Below are positions 9,143 to 19,339 of a stretch of DNA of 32,124 nucleotides, one piece after another. The notes beneath the pieces are model-generated. The model saw only the letters and a list, made by a program, of their open reading frames with translations, was not told where the DNA came from and searched no databases. The stretch's first letter is position 1. Each line of letters starts with the position of its first letter. The DNA lies in assembly GCA_029564175.1 (NCBI GenBank), contig JAKQQL010000453.1:1-32124 (forward strand), written 5' to 3'. The stretch is from Candidatus Cloacimonadota bacterium. GTDB taxonomy: Bacteria; Cloacimonadota; Cloacimonadia; Cloacimonadales; WRIO01. A program made the translations under genes and the position numbers.

Positions 9143-10186
9143 TTAAAATTTCTGAGATTGATTTCCTGCCAATTGACCACAGGCAGCGGCAATATCTTCT
9201 CCCCTGCTCTGTCGTAAGGTAATGGCTGCTGAGATACAAGATAACTGTTCAATAAATTGTGCGATGTCTTTTTCATCAGGAGACAACCAGGACAGACCGG
9301 GCACGTGATTCCATTTAATCAGGTTAATTTTACAGGAAATATCACCTGCAAATTTAATCAAAGCTTTGACATCTTCATGTGACATGTTAAAATTCTTTAT
9401 CATGATATACTCAAAAGTAATCCGAAATGTTGTTTTTTTTCTAAAATCCAATACTGATTTTTTAAGTTCTTCTAATGAATAAAGCTGGTTTATGGGCATT
9501 AGCTCGTTTCTCTTAACGTTAATTGCTGAGTTTAGCGAGACGGCCAGTTTTATCTTTATCCCGCTGTCAGCCAGTTTATTGATGCCAGGAACAACTCCGC
9601 AGGTAGAGAGAGTCATTCGTCTGGGGCTGAAGGAAAACGCTTTCTCTGATTGCATAAGGCGGATAAAATGAACCACGTTATCATAATTATCCAAGGGTTC
9701 GCCCATCCCCATCAGTACAATATTGGTAATTCTTTGATCCGGAAACTGCTTTTGAGCAATCAGTACCTGCCCAAGTATTTCTTCAGGTGTCAATTGTCTG
9801 ATTAAGCCCATTTTTGCGGTTGCACAAAACTGACAATTCCTGGCGCATCCGACCTGAGAAGAGATGCAGAGCGTATTCTTCTTCTCATTGGGCATAAAAA
9901 CCATTTCGATGAAATACCCATCAGATAGCTTAAGTCTAAACTTCTCAGATCTATCTGCTGATTTCTGAACAATATCAATCTCCGGCAGGTTGAAATCAAA
10001 ATGATCATTCAGTTTTTGTCTCAAATCCTTTGATAAAGTGGTCATCTCGTCAAAAGACAGCGCATATTTCTGATATATCCAGTCAAAAATCTGAGAAATT
10101 CTATACTTCTTTTCTCCCCAGGAAAGCAGTATTTCTTCCAGTTGTTCAGGAAACAATGATAATATGTGGGGTTTTATATCTGTCAA
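9143..10186 (-). CDS. rlmN: 23S rRNA m2A2503 / tRNA m2A37 radical SAM methyltransferase RlmN
   Basis: TLCISSQVGCARNCQFCATA (CxxxCxxC), MGMGEP, RITFEY, DIAAACGQL. Start moved from 10258 to the in-frame TTG at 10186, directly after the upstream stop. Confidence 0.96.
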   Translation of the reverse strand: MTDIKPHILSLFPEQLEEILLSWGEKKYRISQIFDWIYQKYALSFDEMTTLSKDLRQKLNDHFDFNLPEIDIVQKSADRSEKFRLKLSDGYFIEMVFMPNEKKNTLCISSQVGCARNCQFCATAKMGLIRQLTPEEILGQVLIAQKQFPDQRITNIVLMGMGEPLDNYDNVVHFIRLMQSEKAFSFSPRRMTLSTCGVVPGINKLADSGIKIKLAVSLNSAINVKRNELMPINQLYSLEELKKSVLDFRKKTTFRITFEYIMIKNFNMSHEDVKALIKFAGDISCKINLIKWNHVPGLSWLSPDEKDIAQFIEQLSCISAAITLRQSRGEDIAAACGQLAGNQSQKF

Positions 10187-10187
10187 T

Positions 10188-11150
10188 TTATCTTCTCTTT
10201 TTGTATTGTTGATTAAAATCATCCAGTGGCACAGTAATGACAGCCTGATCTTCCCCACTCAGATAAACCATTTTGGTATAATAATCATTACGGAAGACAT
10301 ATAATTTCTTGCCATCTTTCCAGATTTCATCACCAATCACCGGATAATCTTTAGCAATTTCTGCATAAAAATCTTCTTCAAAATGAAGGCAACACAGGAG
10401 TCTTCCACATGGACCTGATATTTTTGATAAGTTACCTGATAAATTCTGATCTTTAGCCATTTTTATCGTAACCTGATTAAAACGCTTTAAAAAGGAGGCA
10501 CAGCAATACTTATTACCACACATACCATATCCGCCAAGTCTCTTCGCTTCATCGCGACCTGTACTTTGATGCAGTTCGATACGGGTTCTGAATACCTGAG
10601 CCAGTTCACGTACAAATTCGCGGAAATCTATTCGGCCTTCTGCAGTAAAGAAAAAAGTCACCTTATTGCCGTCAAACTGGAATTTGGTATCAATCAGTTT
10701 CATTTCAAATGGATATTTAACAACCAGCTCAAGAAATTTCTCTTGAGAAGTTCTTTCTCTTTCTTCGATGGCTTCAAGCTGTTCCATATCTTGTTCAGTT
10801 GCGACTCTAACGATTGGCAATATTTTTTCAGCATGGAACATTTCTTCATATTCCTGTCCTTTTACTGATGCCTGTATCACGACACCGATATCTGTACCCC
10901 GATCGACCTGAACAACCACCAATTGATCTGGTTCAAGATTTATATGATGCGGATTAGAATAGTAGCCAATTCTCCAGTTTCTCAGTTCAATTTCTACAAA
11001 CTCCTGGTATTTCTCTTGTTCTTCTTCAAAATGATGGGTTTCACCACAAATGATAATATCTTGATTTTCTTTATTATCTGCCTGGCAACAACACTTTTCA
11101 CACGCATTTGGAGCGCATGTATCTTTTTTATCCTGATTATCTTGATTCAT
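10188..11150 (-). CDS. ricT: PSP1 domain protein (RicT/YaaT family)
   Basis: FFFTAEGRIDFREFVRELAQVFRTRIELHQ, RDEAKRLGGYGMCG..CC, KMAKDQNL, KISGPCGRLLCCL. Confidence 0.92.
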   Translation of the reverse strand: MNQDNQDKKDTCAPNACEKCCCQADNKENQDIIICGETHHFEEEQEKYQEFVEIELRNWRIGYYSNPHHINLEPDQLVVVQVDRGTDIGVVIQASVKGQEYEEMFHAEKILPIVRVATEQDMEQLEAIEERERTSQEKFLELVVKYPFEMKLIDTKFQFDGNKVTFFFTAEGRIDFREFVRELAQVFRTRIELHQSTGRDEAKRLGGYGMCGNKYCCASFLKRFNQVTIKMAKDQNLSGNLSKISGPCGRLLCCLHFEEDFYAEIAKDYPVIGDEIWKDGKKLYVFRNDYYTKMVYLSGEDQAVITVPLDDFNQQYKKRR

Positions 11151-12363
11151 TTATCCCTCTTTTATATATCTCTTCCAATAATCCTTTTTCAATTATTGTC
11201 AGGTCTTTCTTTCTTCTTTGTTTAACAGTACCAGCTGTTTCTAAAAAGGCTTCCAGTCTATATTTTTGCAAATCGTTTGCTTGTCCCCAGGAAAAATCAG
11301 GAATGAATCCCTGAATCAACGGACTACCATATAAATTTGCACCAAAGCCAATCATGCTTCCTGTATTGATAGAGCAGTTGATTCCAACCTTGGAATGGTC
11401 ACCAATAAAACAGCCTACAAATGTACTGCCGGTATTAGTTTTCTCCCCTGTCGCATAATTATGAACTGCTACACTTTTATAGGTATTTTTCAAATCGCTG
11501 TTATTGGTATCTGCACCAATATTCACCCATTCACCCAAATAACTATGGCCTAAAAATCCGTCATGCTGTTTATTTGAATAACCCTGAATAATCGTATCTT
11601 CCACCTCTCCGCCAATCTTACATACCGGTCCGACAGATGTATTTGGATAAATCTTGGCAGCAACTTTGATTACTGATTTTTTTCCTATATATACAGGTCC
11701 TATAATGACTGAGTTATGCATAATCACTGCATTCTCATCTATCACAACAGGCCCTTCTGAAGCATCAATCACCACCCCTGTTTTTAACTCTACACCTTCC
11801 CCTATCCAAATATCATAAGGATTAAGCATGGTAACGCCTGGTTCTGTCTCAAAAAAATTATCCTCATCATAAAAAACGTTTTCAAAATCAAAACGGATCA
11901 GATCTCCATTATGATGCATCAATTCCCATAAATATTCCCAGCAAGTCATCTGGTCTGTTTCAATCACACATAAATCCTGACTCATTTTTATTAAAGAATG
12001 GTAATCAATCGGCTGAGCCTTACAATTAAGGCGTATCGCCAGGATATTATCTGCATTTTTTAGAATGCTGCCATCAGGCATCTCATCCAGTAATTTTTTA
12101 TTATCCAGAGTTAATCTGGCGCGACTGTTAATAAAAAGATATTCATCATTTTCAACCTGATTGATTTGCCAGTCAGGATGCCTTTCCCGATACAGAGAAA
12201 TCAGCTCAGGCGCTACAATAACAGCACTTTCTTCCATTTCCATAATGAATTCAATCCGTTGTCTTAGCTTGAGTATTCCAGCTCTTAAATCGCCTGTAGA
12301 TCTGAGATAAGTCATAGGCAAAAACTGATCGCTTTTACTATCATCAAAAATCATATATTTCAT
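11137..12363 (-). CDS. GlmU-related putative sugar nucleotidyltransferase / hexapeptide-repeat protein
   Basis: FLPMTYLRSTGDLRAGILKLRQR N-terminus; left-handed beta-helix repeats; NKQHDGFLGHSYLGEWVNIGADTNNSDLKN motif. Confidence 0.88.
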   Translation of the reverse strand: MKYMIFDDSKSDQFLPMTYLRSTGDLRAGILKLRQRIEFIMEMEESAVIVAPELISLYRERHPDWQINQVENDEYLFINSRARLTLDNKKLLDEMPDGSILKNADNILAIRLNCKAQPIDYHSLIKMSQDLCVIETDQMTCWEYLWELMHHNGDLIRFDFENVFYDEDNFFETEPGVTMLNPYDIWIGEGVELKTGVVIDASEGPVVIDENAVIMHNSVIIGPVYIGKKSVIKVAAKIYPNTSVGPVCKIGGEVEDTIIQGYSNKQHDGFLGHSYLGEWVNIGADTNNSDLKNTYKSVAVHNYATGEKTNTGSTFVGCFIGDHSKVGINCSINTGSMIGFGANLYGSPLIQGFIPDFSWGQANDLQKYRLEAFLETAGTVKQRRKKDLTIIEKGLLEEIYKRGINESR

Positions 12364-13556
12364 TTTTTAAAACCCTTTCTGTCTTTCCATTTAAACAGTG
12401 AAAAAAAACCTGATACCGCAACAATCATGGTATAAACCGGCTGAAAAACGCTCCAGGTTATCATCAATGTCCAAAAATTTAAACCAGCAACAATACCTTC
12501 TCCTGACATTCGTGACCATAACTGAAAGTCTTTATAGCCACGTTGTATAAAAATACTATCCATTACTATCTTTAAACTGAAGAGTAACACACCTATACTA
12601 AAATTCAAAAATAATAAAGCAGGTATTAGTGTCAACACGAAGAATACACTCAACAAATATACAAAAAATAATGGATTTGAAAATACCATAAATTTCATAT
12701 TGGAAGCCCAGCGCGAACGTTGATTAAATAACTTGTACAAGGAAGTAATTGCTTTGGTTTTAACACGTCCATCGGAATTATTGGCAAATACAATATGTTT
12801 TTTATGTTGTTTAAAAAGTTGCATCAAGTGCAGATCATCACCTGAAATATACTGTTTGATCGGCTCATAACCACCCACGTCGTTAAACGCTGATTTTCTG
12901 AATGACAAATTCTGTCCACTGCAAGAAAAATACAAACCGGCATTAACAGAAGCTGAAGTAGCAAACATAAGTGTCATAAAATCAAAATGTTCAAACAATA
13001 CACTAAAAGGATAATGAAACCATAAAAAAGCATTTTTCTGAGCATTGACTAACTTATCATTTTTTAACTCAGTTTCAGAAAAACCTACCACCATTTCAGC
13101 ATCCTCATTTCTCACATAAGCATCAACCATTCCGTTTATCCAGTTTTCCTGAGGAATGCAATCGGCATCTGTTGACAAAAGAATATTATATTTGGCTTTT
13201 TGAATCGCTTGTCCTAATGCATTTTTTTTAGCTGAAAGTACCTGATTTCTACCTTGAGCAGTAAAACACGAAAAATCAGGAAATCGGGAGCTCCATGTCT
13301 TTAAGATTTCAGCAGTCCGATCACTGGAACAATCATCTGCAATTATAATCTGAACCAGGCTTAGGTCATATTGTTGTTTTAAAAGTGCATTCAAAAAATG
13401 AGGCAGATTATCTTCCTCATTCCGGGCACTGCATACGATACTGACTGGTATCTGATGTTTGACAGTAACCGGTTCATGCCTTTTCAGATTAGCATAAAAT
13501 ACAACAATAAAAAGACAATAAATAAAGATAGAAATAAAAGCTGTCAGTAAAAACAC
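12360..13556 (-). CDS. Membrane glycosyltransferase family 2
   Basis: VSIVCSARNEE, DDCSSD, TDAD, SGDD and QRSRW (D,D,D,QxxRW) motifs; N- and C-terminal TM segments; GTG start overlapping the upstream stop. Confidence 0.93.
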   Translation of the reverse strand: MFLLTAFISIFIYCLFIVVFYANLKRHEPVTVKHQIPVSIVCSARNEEDNLPHFLNALLKQQYDLSLVQIIIADDCSSDRTAEILKTWSSRFPDFSCFTAQGRNQVLSAKKNALGQAIQKAKYNILLSTDADCIPQENWINGMVDAYVRNEDAEMVVGFSETELKNDKLVNAQKNAFLWFHYPFSVLFEHFDFMTLMFATSASVNAGLYFSCSGQNLSFRKSAFNDVGGYEPIKQYISGDDLHLMQLFKQHKKHIVFANNSDGRVKTKAITSLYKLFNQRSRWASNMKFMVFSNPLFFVYLLSVFFVLTLIPALLFLNFSIGVLLFSLKIVMDSIFIQRGYKDFQLWSRMSGEGIVAGLNFWTLMITWSVFQPVYTMIVAVSGFFSLFKWKDRKGFKK

Positions 13557-15649
13557 TAATCTTTAACTTCCACAACGTTTAAATAACGGTCTCTTCCAGG
13601 ACGTAATCTGGAAGGATAATAGTTAAATTTCAAAGAATCTGAATAATTGCCAGGTTCAGTCCCTTTAATGAAATACTCCTTAATCACAGGACCATAGCTG
13701 TTTTTCGCCAAAAATCCGGTTACTGAGGAGACATTCGCTTCGACAATTCCTTCTGGTTTTACAAAGTCAGCATCTACATCTTCTCCTGCTTTGAGTTGCT
13801 CATAAACGGCTTTTTTGGCAATTGGAATCCAAACAGGTAGTGTTGCTGTAGCGCCTGTCATCCCACTCCCCATTGGTTGATTATTGTCAAAACCAGTCCA
13901 TACCCCAAGAACAAGTTTTGGCGTATAGCCAATAAACCAGGCATCTCTGTAATCGTCTGTTGTGCCGGTTTTACCTGCACAGGGATAAGTAAATCCCCAG
14001 GAACGAATTGGGAATGCCGTTCCATGATTAACAACTGTCTTCATTAAATCGGTCATAATCCAGGCAACTTTCGGATCCAGAACCTTGACTTTATCGGGTT
14101 TATTTTCTTCAAGCACTTTACCTTTATGATCTGTGACTTTGGTATAGAAAATTGGAGTTACACGTTCTCCCCCAGACGCATAAATACTGAATGAACTGAT
14201 TAGCTCATAGGGAATAACTTCACAAGAGCCCACAGATAAAGACATAAAAGGAGGAATAGGCGTAGTTAGCCCAAAATTTTCTGCAATCTTTACCACATTT
14301 TGAGGACCAACATCATAAATCAGCTTGGCAGCACTCACATTCATAGATTTTTTTAATGCATTTCTTAGCGTCACATTGCCATAATAATTCTTTTCATAAT
14401 TTTTGGGTTCCCAGTAAACCTGCCCCTCTTTCATAAAGGTTACAGGAGCATCATTAATAATCGTTGCAGGGGTATAACCCTTTTCAACTGCAGCCGTATA
14501 TAACAATGGCTTAAAAGCTGATCCGGCTTGTCTCTTAGCCTGAGTCATTCGGTTGAATTTACTGTGTCTGAAGTTTCTACCACCAATCATGACTTTTACA
14601 TATCCGGTTTCTGGATCAATGGCAAATACACCACCTTGAATATAATTTGCCTTAATATTCGAAACAGTTGGAGGGAAATCTTTGTATTTTTCTTTGTAGT
14701 TTCTGTTAAGTTCCATACTGGATAAATGTTCGTTTAAAGTGGAATCTGCAAACAATTGCAGTTCATTGTCCAATGTCGTATAAATTTTTAATCCACCGTT
14801 AAAAACCTGTTCTGTCCCATATTTTCGTTCAAGTCGGATACGGATATAATCAATAAAATAATTGCTGTTGCTGTTAGTAACAAAACGATGCTGATTTAGT
14901 GTTAATTTTTCATTGAGTGCATTTTCGTATTGAATTGAGGTTAAATACCCATTTTCATATAATTTACTCAGTACAAAATTTCGTCTCTGAATGCTTTTAT
15001 CCGGTTTTTTAACAGGTGAATAATAATTAGGTCTTTGAATCATACCTACCAGTAATGCAGCTTCACCAATGGTTAAATCTTTGGTTGTTTTACCAAAATA
15101 CCGGTATGCAGCCGTTTCTATTCCATAAATCCCACCACCAAAATAGATCTTATTAAAATAAATCTCCAGAATTTCTTCTTTGGTAAAATTTCGCTCAATC
15201 AATACAGCCAGCATCGCTTCTTTAATCTTTCTGGGCAATTGCTTGTCTAAATTGAGAAACATATTTCTGGCTAATTGTTGGGTAATAGTTGAGCCTCCCT
15301 GTGCAAAATCCCAGGTAATAATATCAACAATAATCGCTCTAAATAAACCATAAATATCAATTCCCCAGTGATTATAAAAATTCATATCTTCAATCACAAG
15401 CAAAGCGCTGATTAAATGAGGAGGCAGATTGTCAAAAGTAGTCAATTTTCTGTTTTCTACAGCAAATATATGAATCAGTTTTCCTTTACAATCATATACT
15501 TCAGAACCTGAATTCACCTGATAACTTTGCACTTCAGCCATAGGTGGCAATTCACGGCTGTAAAAAAAGAACAAGCCACTCAGCATACCTGTAACAAATA
15601 TGCTAATTCCAAGGAATATCTTAATATATTTAAAAATCTGTTTTTTCAT
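13556..15649 (-). CDS. mrcA: Class A penicillin-binding protein (PBP1A family)
   Basis: Transglycosylase motifs EDMNFYNHWG, QGGSTITQQL, RKIKE; transpeptidase motifs SAFK, SMN, KTG. Confidence 0.95.
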   Translation of the reverse strand: MKKQIFKYIKIFLGISIFVTGMLSGLFFFYSRELPPMAEVQSYQVNSGSEVYDCKGKLIHIFAVENRKLTTFDNLPPHLISALLVIEDMNFYNHWGIDIYGLFRAIIVDIITWDFAQGGSTITQQLARNMFLNLDKQLPRKIKEAMLAVLIERNFTKEEILEIYFNKIYFGGGIYGIETAAYRYFGKTTKDLTIGEAALLVGMIQRPNYYSPVKKPDKSIQRRNFVLSKLYENGYLTSIQYENALNEKLTLNQHRFVTNSNSNYFIDYIRIRLERKYGTEQVFNGGLKIYTTLDNELQLFADSTLNEHLSSMELNRNYKEKYKDFPPTVSNIKANYIQGGVFAIDPETGYVKVMIGGRNFRHSKFNRMTQAKRQAGSAFKPLLYTAAVEKGYTPATIINDAPVTFMKEGQVYWEPKNYEKNYYGNVTLRNALKKSMNVSAAKLIYDVGPQNVVKIAENFGLTTPIPPFMSLSVGSCEVIPYELISSFSIYASGGERVTPIFYTKVTDHKGKVLEENKPDKVKVLDPKVAWIMTDLMKTVVNHGTAFPIRSWGFTYPCAGKTGTTDDYRDAWFIGYTPKLVLGVWTGFDNNQPMGSGMTGATATLPVWIPIAKKAVYEQLKAGEDVDADFVKPEGIVEANVSSVTGFLAKNSYGPVIKEYFIKGTEPGNYSDSLKFNYYPSRLRPGRDRYLNVVEVKD

Positions 15650-16157
15650 ACAAACTCCGAAGATTTAAATGTTTTAATAATAGAAAGGCAGAATATCCTG
15701 TAAAAAGACCAGTAGCTAATGCTAATATCAACAACAATGGGAAAAGATACAAAATTTTCTGATTCTTTATCACAAAAAGATTAACCGTCAGGAGCTGCCC
15801 CATATTATGCATCACAGAACCAATGATACTGATGCCTATTACAGAAAAATTGATTTTGGTTTTCATAAAAAAAATCATAAAGAGATAGGCAAGCAAACCC
15901 CCATTTAAGGACATTAAGGTAGTTGGATTAAACAAAGTGCCTGTAACAAAGCCACCGACAAGAGTTTTTGCCAGCGTAACAATGAGCGCTTCATAAGGCA
16001 TATTTGAAAAAAGCATATAGACAATCATCACATTACTGAGCCCAATTTTCATAAAAGGTAATGGTTTTGGAATAAACATTTCTAAAATATAAATACTCAG
16101 AGTAAATGCAGTGATGAAAGACAAAACAATTATTTTTTTTTCTTTATCAGAGCTCAT
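15630..16157 (-). CDS. Gx transporter family / heptaprenyl diphosphate synthase component I-like membrane protein
   Basis: LEMFIPKPLPFMKIGLSN, SLNGGLL, SVIGISIIGSVMHNMGQL; about 5-6 TM helices. Confidence 0.88.
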   Translation of the reverse strand: MSSDKEKKIIVLSFITAFTLSIYILEMFIPKPLPFMKIGLSNVMIVYMLFSNMPYEALIVTLAKTLVGGFVTGTLFNPTTLMSLNGGLLAYLFMIFFMKTKINFSVIGISIIGSVMHNMGQLLTVNLFVIKNQKILYLFPLLLILALATGLFTGYSAFLLLKHLNLRSLYEKTDF

Positions 16158-16161
16158 GTAT

Positions 16162-16596
16162 TTACAGATTCACTTTAATAGAAAAGGTTTCACCAGGTCT
16201 CATTAGCTGCATCTGATCAAACACCAACTCAATCAGTATATAATCGGGATCATCTGCTCCATCAAAATAATCATCAAAAAAGTAACAAAAATCCATTGCT
16301 TCATACTTTAACTGAGGATCATTGATAATCTTTGCGATTCCCTGAGCTCTGATATAACCTGTATGTCCTGATTCATGCAGTGGAATACAGACTTCTACTC
16401 TTTTATTCTGTCTGATTTGAGCCGTTTTTGCATCTTTTTTAAAGCTCACATACCAAAAACGACTATACGCATAAAACAATATCAATGGTCTGACAAATGC
16501 CTGATCATTAACACTGGTAGCCAGATAACTTTCCTGATTTTCCCTGAGCAGAGAGAATATTTCATTTTTGATTTGTGATTCGTTGTTTTTTGCCAT
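16162..16596 (-). CDS. Pyridoxamine 5'-phosphate oxidase-like FMN-binding protein
   Basis: YLATSVNDQAFVRPL, KTAQIRQNKRVEVC, YIRAQGIAKII, GADDPDYILI pattern. Confidence 0.82.
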   Translation of the reverse strand: MAKNNESQIKNEIFSLLRENQESYLATSVNDQAFVRPLILFYAYSRFWYVSFKKDAKTAQIRQNKRVEVCIPLHESGHTGYIRAQGIAKIINDPQLKYEAMDFCYFFDDYFDGADDPDYILIELVFDQMQLMRPGETFSIKVNL

Positions 16597-16815
16597 CTTA
16601 CCTGTCCTTTATAAATTACCGCTATTTTTTACTGCTGATTATGTCAAGTTTTTTCAAATACTTACTTTAGAAAAGCTGAAATGCTAAGCCTAAGCGAATA
16701 TTACTTTTTATTCTATGAAAAAAACCTCACAACCTGAGATCTCAATTTCACCTACTTTAAAAGTCAATTATTTTACCCAAAATTTACCGTGAAGATGAAG
16801 TATTTAAAAAAAAAC

Positions 16816-16844
16816 TTGACGATTATCACTATGATTGTTAGTTT
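16816..16844 (+). promoter_or_regulatory. Sigma70-type promoter of the partner-switching / amino acid ABC operon
   Basis: TTGACG-17 bp-TAGTTT with extended -10 TG and upstream A-tract, 24 bp before the ATG at 16869. Confidence 0.6.
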
Positions 16845-16868
16845 TACAAAAAAAAAGAAAGAATCATT

Positions 16869-18572
16869 ATGAAAATTAAAAATCAATTCATTTTATCTCA
16901 TACACTGATGTCTGTTTGTCTTATCATCGTATTTACACTGTTAACCCATTTTGTATTGAAAAACGTTCAAAAAAAGAACATTGAGATAGCCCAAAAGAAC
17001 ATCATAGATATATCATCTCAAATGACTAAGCTATCTGAAGAAAATCTGAGACGTTTTGGAGAAACTCAGGTACTGCTTTATGCGAAAGCGATAGCCAATG
17101 AACTTGCTTTTGAGCTGAAAAAGTACCCTGTTAAAGATTATAATACACTTCGGAAAAGTGATAAACTGAGAGCAATTGCCACTCAGGATTTATACTCAAA
17201 CCTCCAAAAATCGGGAAGTGTGGATGTTTTTGACCGAAAGGGAGAAGTGATCTGGCATAAAAACAAAAATCTGGAAGGACGAAATTACAAAGAATGGGAA
17301 AAAGAATATCCCAAGATGTGGGAACTGGCACAGTTATCATTTACAAAGCCTCTGGTTGCTGATTATTACAGTTTTTTAGATGAAAATTTCCGTACCAGAG
17401 AACGCTATGTAGCAGTTGTACATGTTCAGGACAGTCCGTTTAATCTGTGCGCAGTAGTCAATATCAGTGATTATTTTTATCCAGTAGAAAAAAAGATAGA
17501 ATCCATCAATACACAGAGTAAAGAAACGGCTATCTCTCAGATTAGAAATTACAGTCAGGGAATGATGAGCAATGTGTTTATTTCTCTTGCTATTATTAGC
17601 GTTTTGTTTTTTATCCTGATTTTTGTCATATCGATAAATCTTTCTTACTATATGGCAAGACCTTTAAACAGTCTTTGCAAGTCAGTATCAAAAATATCAT
17701 CAGGTGAGTTTACATTTAAAACAAAAGAAGAAGGCTCAACAGAGATTCGAAAACTGGCTTCTGATATCAATCTGATGGGAGAAAAATTGGATCAGTATGT
17801 CAGAGATTTACAGAGTGAAACAGCTAAACGTCAGGTAGTAGAAAGTGAACTGGCAATTGCCTCTGAAATCCAACAGAGTATCTTACCAAGGGTATTCCCT
17901 CCATTTCCAGGAAGAGATGAATTTGATCTTTATGCGATCATGCATCCTGCCAAAGAAGTGGGTGGAGATTTCTATGATTTTTTCTTTTATGATCATCATA
18001 CTTTTGTATTTTTAGTTGGAGATGTCTCTGGAAAAGGAATTCCTGCTGCCTTGTTTATGATGCTGTGCAGAACCCTTTTACATTCGACTGCTTCTGAGAT
18101 TAAAGAACCACATGAAGTCTTAAAAAAGGTAAATAAGGCACTTTCAGAAGATAACGACAGCAATATGTTCGTAACCGTTTTCTTGGCTTACTATTTTATT
18201 GATACAGGCAAACTTCTATATTCAAATGCAGGACACCTCCCTGCACTTGTTCAAAAATCTACAGGTGAATTTACTGAGCTGACAACGCCAAACAGTACCG
18301 CTATGGGTATTGTGCCCGATATAGCCTATCTTTCCAAAGAAAATATTTTAGATATTAATGACAAACTCATACTGTACACTGACGGCGTAACAGAAGCAAC
18401 AAGCCCTGATAATGAGCTTTATGGATTTGAAAGAATGCAAAAATATTTTAGTTACAATCATCAGTATTCATCAAAATCAGATTGTGAAAATATCCTTGAA
18501 AGCCTGATTCGCTTTCAGAATGATAATCAATTTGATGACATTACTTTAAGTGTATTTAAACGATTAAAATAA
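16869..18572 (+). CDS. Membrane sensor PP2C/SpoIIE phosphatase (RsbU-like): TM, extracytoplasmic Cache-like domain, TM, HAMP, PP2C
   Basis: Two TM segments; HAMP (ARPLNSL...EIRKLASDINLM); ELAIASEIQQSILP, PAKEVGGDFYD, GDVSGKGIPAALFM, YTDGVTEA, DDIT. Confidence 0.95.
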   Translation: MKIKNQFILSHTLMSVCLIIVFTLLTHFVLKNVQKKNIEIAQKNIIDISSQMTKLSEENLRRFGETQVLLYAKAIANELAFELKKYPVKDYNTLRKSDKLRAIATQDLYSNLQKSGSVDVFDRKGEVIWHKNKNLEGRNYKEWEKEYPKMWELAQLSFTKPLVADYYSFLDENFRTRERYVAVVHVQDSPFNLCAVVNISDYFYPVEKKIESINTQSKETAISQIRNYSQGMMSNVFISLAIISVLFFILIFVISINLSYYMARPLNSLCKSVSKISSGEFTFKTKEEGSTEIRKLASDINLMGEKLDQYVRDLQSETAKRQVVESELAIASEIQQSILPRVFPPFPGRDEFDLYAIMHPAKEVGGDFYDFFFYDHHTFVFLVGDVSGKGIPAALFMMLCRTLLHSTASEIKEPHEVLKKVNKALSEDNDSNMFVTVFLAYYFIDTGKLLYSNAGHLPALVQKSTGEFTELTTPNSTAMGIVPDIAYLSKENILDINDKLILYTDGVTEATSPDNELYGFERMQKYFSYNHQYSSKSDCENILESLIRFQNDNQFDDITLSVFKRLK

Positions 18573-18578
18573 GGAGAT

Positions 18579-18881
18579 ATGATGTTAGAAATTCAAAAAG
18601 AAATGAGTGGAACTCACTGTGATTTGTTTTTAAGTGGCAGACTGGACACCAATACGGCTAAACAACTGGAAGAAGTTTTAAATGAACTGATGACAAACAG
18701 CTCTTTCACAATCAATTTTAAGAAACTTGATTATATCAGTAGTGCTGGATTAAGAATTATTCTCGGTTTTTACAAAAAGTGCAAAGCGACTTCAAAAGAG
18801 CTTGTATTAACAGAAATGAATGATCTGGTGAAAGAAGTGTTTGATATATCCGGCTTTTCAGGATTCTTAAACATCCAATGA
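18579..18881 (+). CDS. STAS-domain anti-sigma factor antagonist (RsbV/SpoIIAA-like)
   Basis: LSGRLDTNTA, LDYISSAGLR (phosphorylatable Ser), VKEVFDISGF; AAGGAG RBS (start could be 18582). Confidence 0.95.
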   Translation: MMLEIQKEMSGTHCDLFLSGRLDTNTAKQLEEVLNELMTNSSFTINFKKLDYISSAGLRIILGFYKKCKATSKELVLTEMNDLVKEVFDISGFSGFLNIQ

Positions 18882-18892
18882 AATGAGCTCTT

Positions 18893-19315
18893 ATGAATAC
18901 GGAATCAAAACACTTCCGATTTTCTAATCTGGCTATTCATGAAAACATCCCCTATTTTCTGGATATGACAGAACTTTGTCTGAATCAGTTAGAAGTAACT
19001 CCCAAAGATATTTTCAAACTACTGATTGCCGTAGAAGAGATGATTGTCAATATTGTCAGCTACGCTTATCCCGAAAACACGGGTAATATTGAGATGGAAA
19101 TATCACTTGTAAATGATTCTATCACTCTGATTTTTATTGATGAAGGAATTGCCTTTAATCCATTGAAGCATCAGGTTGATCAGCGTGATCTTCCTCTTAG
19201 TGAAAGAAATGAAGGCGGTCTGGGCATCATTCTTACAAAAGATTTTTCCGACAATCTGGATTACAATCGAATTAATGGCAAAAACATTATCACTTTTAAA
19301 AAAAAAATAAGATAA
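18893..19315 (+). CDS. Anti-sigma factor Ser/Thr kinase (RsbW/SpoIIAB-like HATPase_c)
   Basis: N-box EEMIVNIVSYAY, G1 DEGIAFNP, G2 GGLGI, C-terminal GKNIIT. Confidence 0.93.
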   Translation: MNTESKHFRFSNLAIHENIPYFLDMTELCLNQLEVTPKDIFKLLIAVEEMIVNIVSYAYPENTGNIEMEISLVNDSITLIFIDEGIAFNPLKHQVDQRDLPLSERNEGGLGIILTKDFSDNLDYNRINGKNIITFKKKIR

Positions 19316-19339
19316 AAAACTGAATTATTTGGAGGACTC

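Noticed and set aside
10187..10258. N-terminal extension of RlmN in the ORF track
   Set aside because: Overlaps the PSP1 gene by about 70 bp; the in-frame TTG at 10186 gives a normal-length RlmN.
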